From: a virus
Lineage: Duplodnaviria > Caudoviricetes
Strand: one strand, 5' to 3'
Length of the DNA: 45,923 bases
Virus record (IMG/VR): IMGVR_UViG_3300028588_000788
Span: 1-45,923 of that record
Positions 36,472-44,400 of this stretch are shown piece after piece. The notes under the pieces were generated by a model. It saw only the letters and a program-made list of their open reading frames with translations, ran no database searches and was not told the origin of the DNA. The stretch's first letter is position 1. Each line of letters opens with the position of its first letter. The position numbers and the translations under genes are program-made.

Positions 36472-37407
36472 ATGATCGGACTCTCGCCAATTGGAGTTGC
36501 GCCGATCGGGGTGACGTCGCCGTCGGCGACAACTGGGGCCGCAGCGGCGCCGGGCGCAAGTTTGTTGGCTGCCAGTAGCATGGTCGGCGGGTCGGCATCG
36601 GGTTCGTCGGCCGGCGTTGCGAGTGGCGCGCAACTGGTTGCCATCAGCAGCATGTCGCCAGGGGCGGCATCGGGAGTCAGGTCGGCCTTTGCCAGCGGTG
36701 CGGCACTGGTTGCATCGAGCGCGATGGCGCCTGGCGCGGCTACTGGCGGATCGTCTGATGGATCGATTCCCCGGCCGGTCACCGTGCCTGCGTCCAGGAT
36801 CGCAAAGTTTGCTGCCAATCCGCGTGTAGCCATCTTCAATACGGCGCGGCCGGTTGCGCTGACCAAGGGTGCACTGGACGAGCTGTGGTTCGTCGGCGAC
36901 TTCAACAAGGACCTGGCGGACAGCGGAACGACGGCGGCGTCGGTTGTCCCGGTCTCGGCCGGCGTGGCCGTTCTGGAAGGCCCGGAGCTCCAGGGCGCGC
37001 TCGGCGTCGTCAAGCTGGGCGCACTGGATGCATCAGGAACGAGCTACTTCACGTTCCGCGTCACCTGTGCAAACGGCGAAGTGTTCGACCGAACCATCAC
37101 CCTGACGGCCGTGGATGATTGGACCTGGGTATTCGGCAAGGATCCGGACGACCAGCGCTTCTACGCATTCGACTTCGCCGCCGACCTGGCGCTGAGCGCG
37201 AACACCACGCTGGCATCGGTGGGTACGCCAGTTCCTGTCGGCGTGAGCATGCTGTCCGCGCCGAGCATCCAGGGCATGCAGGTCGTCATCAAGTTCGGCG
37301 GCCTGGGGACAGGCGCCGGCGCGGCCAATTCGTGCAGCCTGCCGGTGACCTTTGCCAATGGCGAAAAAATCTATCGCTCGATCTACTTCAGCAGGGAGGA
37401 CCACTGA
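36472..37407 (+). CDS. Putative fibre-adaptor protein with internal repeats
   Basis: Three GA.L.A.S.M..G.A.G repeats, then two tandem K...D..(W/F)..DF..DLA domains. Confidence 0.6.
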   Translation: MIGLSPIGVAPIGVTSPSATTGAAAAPGASLLAASSMVGGSASGSSAGVASGAQLVAISSMSPGAASGVRSAFASGAALVASSAMAPGAATGGSSDGSIPRPVTVPASRIAKFAANPRVAIFNTARPVALTKGALDELWFVGDFNKDLADSGTTAASVVPVSAGVAVLEGPELQGALGVVKLGALDASGTSYFTFRVTCANGEVFDRTITLTAVDDWTWVFGKDPDDQRFYAFDFAADLALSANTTLASVGTPVPVGVSMLSAPSIQGMQVVIKFGGLGTGAGAANSCSLPVTFANGEKIYRSIYFSREDH

Positions 37408-37580
37408 TGATCAACGCCGCAGAACTCCTGGCTGCGCATGTCCGGACCGAGGGCGGGACAAAGATCACCCCGCAAGCGGTCGACCAGGCGCCGGTCGTCG
37501 AATACGCTCGCGCGCCGGCGGCAGCCGGATCGCCGCCCATCGGAGACCGACCGCCAGCAACCCAGAGGAGCGCCCGATGA
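37407..37580 (+). CDS. Small hypothetical protein
   Basis: Overlaps both neighbours; GGAGG SD. Confidence 0.5.
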   Translation: MINAAELLAAHVRTEGGTKITPQAVDQAPVVEYARAPAAAGSPPIGDRPPATQRSAR

Positions 37581-38143
37581 CCTTCAAAATCGCTGTTCGC
37601 CCGACCGCGCTGGCCGTGCCGATGAGCGAGGCGCAGTCGAGCGCGCGCGCCGACGTCGCCGCAGACGGCACTTCGGCGCTGGATGCGGACATTGTGCGGG
37701 CAATCCGGACCTATACCGCAGAAGCCGAGATGGAAACGAACCGGTTGATCATGGAGCAAACCTGGACGCTGACGCTCGACACGTTTCCGCAATCCCGGTC
37801 GATCAAGCTGTACAAGCCGCCGCTGCTGGCGGTAGAGCACGTCAAGTTCTACGACGCCGACGGCGAGCAGCAGACGCTTGACCCGGCCGACTACCAGGCT
37901 GACCTCAAGACGGATCCGGGTTATGTCGTGCTCAAGCCCGGCCGCACCTGGCCGGCGACGGCGAACATGGTCGGCGCCGTCGAAATCCGCTTCCGTTGCG
38001 GTTATGGATCAGACCCGGCCGCAGTGCCGGACGGTATCTCGGGCTTCATCCTGGCGCGCGTGTCCGAGCACTTCGAGACTGGCGGTCAGCCGAAAAATGA
38101 ATTTGTTAAGCGCGGGCTTTGGTCGGAGGTCTACTACGCATGA
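37577..38143 (+). CDS. Head-tail connector (gp6-like)
   Basis: AE..TNR.I..QTW...LD.FP; V.IRF.CGYG..P..VP. Confidence 0.85.
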   Translation: MTFKIAVRPTALAVPMSEAQSSARADVAADGTSALDADIVRAIRTYTAEAEMETNRLIMEQTWTLTLDTFPQSRSIKLYKPPLLAVEHVKFYDADGEQQTLDPADYQADLKTDPGYVVLKPGRTWPATANMVGAVEIRFRCGYGSDPAAVPDGISGFILARVSEHFETGGQPKNEFVKRGLWSEVYYA

Positions 38144-38448
38144 CGATGAACCATCGAATCACTCTGTTGCGGCCGAACGCCGACCGCGACGCCGCCGGCC
38201 AGCCGGTGGGCGGCTTCCAAGCGCTGCCCGAGCGCTGGGGCGATGTGTTGTTCCAAACTGGCGCCGAGACGATGCGCGCCAACACCGAGGTGGTGATCAA
38301 GCGATGCTCGATCCGGGCCAACTACGACCGGGCTGTCAATGAGTCCTGGCGCGCGCGGTACCTGGGCGTCGAGTACGAGATCAAGTCGGCCGTGCCGGAT
38401 TCAAAGGATCGCCGGAAGATGTTTCTGGTCTGCGAGAGCGTCAAGTGA
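38140..38448 (+). CDS. Head closure / head-tail adaptor
   Basis: MNHRITL...D..GQP...W..V; Y.I..V; position. Confidence 0.85.
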   Translation: MTMNHRITLLRPNADRDAAGQPVGGFQALPERWGDVLFQTGAETMRANTEVVIKRCSIRANYDRAVNESWRARYLGVEYEIKSAVPDSKDRRKMFLVCESVK

Positions 38449-38954
38449 TCGCGTTCGACACCATGGACCTGCTGCGCGCAGTGCAGGAAACCATCGGGCA
38501 GGTTACGCCGGACGAGAGCGTGCTCCGCACCATGGGCGTCGCCGGCGCCGATATCTTTCGCGAAGAGGCGAAGCACAACGCCGCTTCGCACGCCAAGACA
38601 TGGACGATCCACAAAAACATCATTATGAAGCACCTGCCTGAGGACTCGGACGGAGCCCTGCGGCAGGCCTACTTGGTCACCGTCCGGAAGGGCGGCTACG
38701 GCGGCAGCGACGCCTTCTACTGGCGATTCGTCGAGGAAGGGCACAAGTTCGTGCCGAAGAATACCAAGATCGGCAAGAAGGGCAACAAGATCGGCTGGGC
38801 TGCGCACCGCCGCGCCGCCGAGCTCGAGTACGGCACGGCCAGCGCGCCCGCGTACCCGTTCATGCGGCCAGCATACGACAGCAAGAAAAGCGAGGCGATG
38901 AACGCCATGTCGCTGACGCTGAAACAGCAGCTGATAAGGAATGCAACCCGATGA
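38445..38954 (+). CDS. HK97 gp10-like tail component
   Basis: AFYWRFVEEG...EYGT...PAYPFMRPAYD. Confidence 0.88.
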   Translation: MIAFDTMDLLRAVQETIGQVTPDESVLRTMGVAGADIFREEAKHNAASHAKTWTIHKNIIMKHLPEDSDGALRQAYLVTVRKGGYGGSDAFYWRFVEEGHKFVPKNTKIGKKGNKIGWAAHRRAAELEYGTASAPAYPFMRPAYDSKKSEAMNAMSLTLKQQLIRNATR

Positions 38955-39301
38955 GCGTCCAAATCGAAGTGCGCGAGGCGCTACGCGGTCTGGCCGGCGA
39001 CCGAGTGTTCCCGTTGATGGCTGACGAGGGCACAGCCACACCGTACATCGTCTACCAAGTTGTCGGCGGCGACGTGCAGGAGTACCTGAGCGGCGAGAAG
39101 CCTGAGAAAAAGCAGCGCCGAGTGCAGGTCAAGGTCTGGTCTCAGTCTACCATCGAGGCCGCGCAGATCGCGGAGCAGGTCGAGGATGCGCTGCGCGCCG
39201 CTGTCGCGCTGCAGTCTGAAGTCCTGACGGTGCCGATCGACACGTTCGACGAAGCCACGAAATACCGCGGGACGATGCAGGACTTCTACCTGTTCTGCTG
39301 A
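38951..39301 (+). CDS. Tail terminator (DUF3168-like)
   Basis: RVFP..A......PYIVYQ..GG; RVQV.VW. Confidence 0.85.
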   Translation: MSVQIEVREALRGLAGDRVFPLMADEGTATPYIVYQVVGGDVQEYLSGEKPEKKQRRVQVKVWSQSTIEAAQIAEQVEDALRAAVALQSEVLTVPIDTFDEATKYRGTMQDFYLFC

Positions 39302-39320
39302 TCGCGACAATTCAAACCGA

Positions 39321-39374
39321 GCCGCCCCGAGTGATCCGGGTGGCTTTTTTCATGCCCGGCTTCCGGGCTTTTTT
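39321..39374 (+). terminator. Two tandem terminator-like hairpins before the tail tube gene
   Basis: GCCGCCC...GGGTGGC-T6 and GCCCGG-ctt-CCGGGC-T6. Confidence 0.6.
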
Positions 39375-39391
39375 ACACCTGAAAGGCCCAC

Positions 39392-40027
39392 ATGCAACTG
39401 CCCAACAACATCTCGTTCGCCATCGCCACCGCATACGCCACCGCAGTGACGCTCACCGCCGTGTCGAACGCATCCGAGGCTGTCGCGACCGCCACCAACA
39501 CCCTCGCCGCCGGCGACCTGATCGAGTACACCGGCGGCTGGGGGCAAGCGAACAACCGCGTGTTCCGCGTCAAAGCGCCGTCCGGCACCTCGTTCACGTT
39601 CGAAGGCCTGGATACCACTGACACGTCGCTGTTCCCGGCCGGCGCCGGCGTGGGCTCGGTGCGCAAGATCACCACCCGCGTGCCGATCGTCCAGGTGGTC
39701 AGCGCCGACATCTCGGGCGGCGACGGCAAGACCCAGACCGTCTCGCTGCTCGACAACAACGTCGAGGTCGTTCTGCCGGATGGCTTCACCGCGACGACCG
39801 TCACGATGACCATCGCCGACGAGCCATCCAAGCCGCACCACGCAGCGCTGAAAGCCATTTCGGACGGCACGAAGATCGCGGCGCTGATCGGCACGCTGCC
39901 GAGCGGCGGCCTGCTGCTGTACAGCGGCTACTGCTCGTTCAATGAAAACCCGTCCCTGGCCAAAGGCAGTGTGATGTCGGTGAAGTCCACCCACACGCTG
40001 CTGAACAAGGTCGTTCGCTACAGCTGA
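39392..40027 (+). CDS. Major tail tube protein
   Basis: 211 aa between the terminator and chaperone genes; LEG.DT....FPAG.G.GS-type motif. Confidence 0.85.
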   Translation: MQLPNNISFAIATAYATAVTLTAVSNASEAVATATNTLAAGDLIEYTGGWGQANNRVFRVKAPSGTSFTFEGLDTTDTSLFPAGAGVGSVRKITTRVPIVQVVSADISGGDGKTQTVSLLDNNVEVVLPDGFTATTVTMTIADEPSKPHHAALKAISDGTKIAALIGTLPSGGLLLYSGYCSFNENPSLAKGSVMSVKSTHTLLNKVVRYS

Positions 40028-40130
40028 TTCACCGCTGTTTTGCCAGCCAGCACCGCGCGCTGGCGCTGGCCTTTCCCCGCCTGCGGGGTAGCTCCTCGCA
40101 GGTCTTTTTACCTTCCTGAAAGACAAAATC

Positions 40131-40445
40131 ATGGCGAAAAAATTCTCCCTCGTTCCGGCCCCGACCTTCAAGGCGCCCGTCACCATCCAAGTCCCGGGCG
40201 GCAAATCCGCTCAGATCGAGTTCGTGTTCAAGCATCGCAGCCGCGAGGAATTCAAGGAATTCGTGGACGGCGTGGAGGGACGCAAGGACGTCGAGATTCT
40301 GCTGGACATCGCCAGCGGCTGGGAGCTCGAAGACGCGTTCGGTGAAAAGACCCTGCAGCAACTGGTCGACAACTACATGGGCGCCGGCCAGGCCGTACTG
40401 CAGACCTACATGGCCGAGTTGACGGCGGCGCGCGCAAAAAACTGA
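40131..40445 (+). CDS. Tail assembly chaperone (G-like)
   Basis: PTFKA.V.I..PG....I.F.FKH; GWELED.F; ends at a slippery site. Confidence 0.85.
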   Translation: MAKKFSLVPAPTFKAPVTIQVPGGKSAQIEFVFKHRSREEFKEFVDGVEGRKDVEILLDIASGWELEDAFGEKTLQQLVDNYMGAGQAVLQTYMAELTAARAKN

Positions 40446-40780
40446 TCGACGTTGCGACGGCCATCTATACGTCAGAGCCAACCGATGCCGAGCTGGCGGT
40501 GGCGGGACTGACGCGGGATGACGTCGCAACGTCGATCGAAGTGTGGCCTGAGCATGTGCGGGTCCTGAACCTGTTTCAAGGACTGCGCACGCAGTGGCGA
40601 GTTGGCATGGGTGGCCCGACAGGGCTGGACTATCTGGTGGCGTACCACCGAATGGACCGCATGGATCTCTCGCCGGTCGAGTACGACCAGCTTGACCAGG
40701 ACCTGCAAATTATGGAGGCAACTGCGCTGCAGGTCATGCACGAGCAGATCGAAGAACGATCACAAAGCAAAAACCCCTGA
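40436..40780 (+). CDS. Tail chaperone -1 frameshift extension (GT-like, DUF1799-like)
   Basis: A AAA AAC at 40436-40442; the -1 frame is open through EVWPE...TQWRVGMGG.TGLDY. Confidence 0.8.
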   Translation, partial: KKLIDVATAIYTSEPTDAELAVAGLTRDDVATSIEVWPEHVRVLNLFQGLRTQWRVGMGGPTGLDYLVAYHRMDRMDLSPVEYDQLDQDLQIMEATALQVMHEQIEERSQSKNP

Positions 40781-40804
40781 CGCGCAAACGTTCAGGGGTT
40801 TTTT
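40769..40804 (+). terminator. Bidirectional terminator-like hairpin
   Basis: AAAAACCCCTGA...TCAGGGGTTTTTT. Confidence 0.7.
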
Positions 40805-40838
40805 ATTTCCTCCGTACCAGAACTACGAAAGAACATAG

Positions 40839-41015
40839 ATGAATGATAGCACTAAACGGCCAGGCATCAAGCTGGCCATCAACTGGTTAAAGGGTCTGAA
40901 GATGGATATCCCACACAGCAGATGGGTCATGTTCGCGATCGGGGTCTACGTGTTGGCAGCCGCCTTCGACAAGGTCGCAGCAGCAGTTGGCTCGCTTGCG
41001 CCGCTGTTGAAGTAA
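40839..41015 (+). CDS. Small membrane moron protein (58 aa, not in ORF track)
   Basis: MNDSTKRPGIKLAINWLKG...WVMFAIGVYVLAAAF... Confidence 0.5.
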   Translation: MNDSTKRPGIKLAINWLKGLKMDIPHSRWVMFAIGVYVLAAAFDKVAAAVGSLAPLLK

Positions 41016-41076
41016 AAGCTCTGAGCGTTTATTTGCGCTGGTGTAACATTGCTTTCCCACATACTGGAGAGCAATA

Positions 41077-41424
41077 ATGCGATACGTCTTTTTCGTGCTT
41101 GCAATGATGGTTGCCGATCAGGCCTTCGCAGGAAAGCTGTCTTGCAGAATGGACCCGGATACGAAGGCCGCCATGTGCTATGAGCCAGGAACCCTGAAGG
41201 GGAATGGCGATCTTCGTTCGTTCACAATCGCTACCGGCGGACCAAAAGGGGTTGATAAGTCGCCATACCTCGGCGTCGTCAACTGCCGCGTGAAATACCT
41301 TGAACTGCGCGACAGGCGCGGCGTTGTATTTATGCGCCAGATTCCCGAAAAGCGACACGTCAGAGATTTTGTGTATGACGTCTGTCACGAGCACAAGCCC
41401 AAGCCCGATCCGGGTCTGGATTAG
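41077..41424 (+). CDS. Exported moron protein
   Basis: Signal peptide MRYVFFVLAMMVADQAFA; four Cys; GGAG SD; own terminator. Confidence 0.75.
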   Translation: MRYVFFVLAMMVADQAFAGKLSCRMDPDTKAAMCYEPGTLKGNGDLRSFTIATGGPKGVDKSPYLGVVNCRVKYLELRDRRGVVFMRQIPEKRHVRDFVYDVCHEHKPKPDPGLD

Positions 41425-41441
41425 ATTCAACCTGCTGAGCC

Positions 41442-41466
41442 AAGCCACCTTCGGGTGGCTTTTTTT
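41442..41466 (+). terminator. Rho-independent terminator
   Basis: AGCCACC-TTCG-GGTGGCT followed by a T-run. Confidence 0.8.
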
Positions 41467-41477
41467 ATGGGCGCCAC

Positions 41478-44400
41478 ATGAGTGATATTGTCAACACTGC
41501 AACTATCAAGGTGGTGGCAGATGCTACCGGCGTCGAAGCCGGCCTGCGCCCAGTCGATGATGCTGTCGCCAAGACTGGCAAAAACCTGGAAAACCTCGGC
41601 GCCACCGCCAAGTCGACCGGCAAGGTCATCGATGACATCGGGCGGGGCCCGGGGCTGGACCCGGTAGGCGAAAGCGCCGGCGCCGCGGCCGGGAAGGTCG
41701 ACCGCGCCACCAGGAACATGTCGGACTCGATCCAGCGCGCCATCCAGTCGCAGACCGCACTGGCGGCCGGCGCCAAGGGTACCGCTGAGAATTACGCCGC
41801 ACTGGCGCGCGTGCGCGGGATCGATACCAGCGCCTTGAAGCCTCTGCTCGACCAGCTTGATGCAGCAAAGCAAAAAGCTGAACTGGCTGCGGATGCGCAG
41901 CGCCGGCTCGACGAGTCGACAAAGTTCCTGGCTGACTTGAAATCGCGTTCCGAGGGCATTGGCAAGACCGCATCTGAACTGGCTGAAATGCGCGCCGCGC
42001 AACTTGGCGTTGCTGACGCCGCCGGCCCGATGATCGCCAAGTTGAAAGAGGCCGAGAAGGCGGGTGAGGGTGCCTTCGGTAAGCTCGGCGATATGGCCGG
42101 CAAGCTTAAGGGCGCGGTGCTAGGCGTGGCGGCTGGTCTCGCTGCGGCAGCGGTGGCTGGCGGCGCACTGGTCAACAACGCGATTGATGATCTCGCCCAG
42201 TTGGACGACATGGCTCAGAAGACCGGCGCAAGCATCGAAAATCTGTCGAAAATTCAAAAGCTGGTGGTCGTATTCGGGCCCGACATGAGTGCGATCGATG
42301 GTGCGCTCATCAAGCTGTCGAAGGGCATGGCCACTGTCGATGACGAAACCAATAAGACGCAGAAGGCATTGCGAGCCCTTGGCGTCTCCTGGAAGGATTC
42401 ATCCGGAAACCTGCGCGACCCTACGTTGGTGCTGGTTGACGCCGCGAAAAAGCTTCAGGACTACAGTGACAGCGCGGGCAAGACTGCGCTCATGAATGAC
42501 ATGATCAAGGGGTCTGGCGCAGAGCTGCTGCCGCTCCTCAACGACCTAGCCGAGAACTTCGACAAGGTCGGAGGTGTGTCGGAGGATGCGACGTCGGGGG
42601 CAGCTGGCTTCCAAGACCAGTTGGGCTGGATGAAGCTTCGCTTCAAAGAGCTATTCACCACTATCGCCATAGACGCACTGCCGGCGCTCAGCGACTTGGC
42701 CGGCGCATTCCTGGACGTATACAACGGCCAAAGTGACCTTTCCAAGCCGGACACGAAAAAATGGGCCGACGACCTTGGTCTGGGTATTGCGCAGGCATCC
42801 GACGCCGCAGTGATTCTCGGCCGTAGCTTGGCGACAATCTGGAACAGTATGAAGGCGGTCAGGGCGGACATCAGCCTGATGTCGACCGTGTACGAAAACG
42901 CCAATCCTCTCAAGGCTGGACTAAAGGTCCTCAACGGCGGCTCGCCGAACGCCGACATCAAAAAGGCGATGGCCGAGCGAAATAAGATCGTTGAAGATGC
43001 AAACGTGGCGCTCGAGGAGATGCTGAATCGCCCGATCGGGCAATTCGAACAAGCATATCTGGCGCGCGTGGCTGCGCGTGGCAAAGGGGAGTCAGATTCG
43101 ACAGGGAGTACGCCGAAGCCAAAAATCGACTACACCACCGGCAACGACCCCGACGCCAAGAAGGCCGAAGCTGCCATCAAAAAGGAGGCAGAGGCCTACG
43201 CCACTTTAACGGCGGCCATCAAAGAAAAGGTCGAGCAAAACAACCTTGAGGCCTTGGTCGGCAAAGATGCGAACGAGGCGCAGAAGCTGCAGATCAAGTT
43301 CGACCAGGAGCTACTGAGCGGCAAGCTTAAACTGTCGGATGCTCACAAGAAGGAAACACAGGATCTACTCACAAAGCTAGGCGTCCAAGAGCAGCTGAAG
43401 GAAGAGAGCAAGTTCTACCTCGACCAGCTGAATCAGCAGCTGCAAACCGGCGGCGCCGCCATCAAGGCGGCGGAGGATGAGGCCGACAAAAACGAGGAGC
43501 TGGTTCGCACGTTCGGGCTATCGAAAACTGCAATCGAGCAACTGACCCTGGCGCGCCTCGAAGAGAAGCTCGCTCAGGCGGACACCTCCAAAGGCTACAC
43601 GGTCGAGATTTCTCAGCTCGAAATGCTCATCGCCGCCAAGAAGAGGAGTATTGGCGCGCTGTCCCAGTTGGATGACCTAGGCGAGGCGAAAAAAGCGGCT
43701 GACGATCTCGACAAATTCCTGGATCCATCCAAGGCCCTGTCGTTCGGCGACGCGCTGCGCACGGCGTTCGGATCGGTGGGAGATTCAATCGGCAAGATGA
43801 CTGGGGCCTTGCAGAACTATGGAATCAAGCAGGCCGAGATTGAAAAGCAGCGCGGCAACGCGGCGCTGGCCTACCTGAACAACCAGAAGACGGAGGCCGA
43901 GTACCTGGCCGATGTCGATCAGCTCAATCGCCGCAACGTGCAAAACCAGCTGGGCGGCTATGGCGACATGGCCAGCGCTGCAGCTGGCTTCTTCGACGAG
44001 CACAGCCGCGGCTACCAGACCCTGATGGCCGTGTCGCAGGTGTTCCATGCGGCCGAGCTGGCGATGACGATGGCTGAGCTGGTGCCGAAGGCGATCAGCG
44101 CAGTGCTGACCCAGGGCTCTGGCGATCCGTACACGGCATTTGGTCGAATGGCAGCGATGGCCGCCATCGTGGCTGGCCTGGGCGTGGCGATCGGCGGAAT
44201 CGGCGGTGGCAGTGACACCACGGCCAAGGATCGCCAGGCAGCGCAAGGCACGGGCACCGTGCTTGGCAGTAGCACCGCCAAGTCGGAATCGATCTCCCGG
44301 GCCGTTCAGCTCGCCGCGGCCAACTCCAGCACGCAGATCGACTACCTATCTGGCATGCTGACGTCGCTGCGCGCAATCGAGTCGGGGATCGGCAGCTTCG

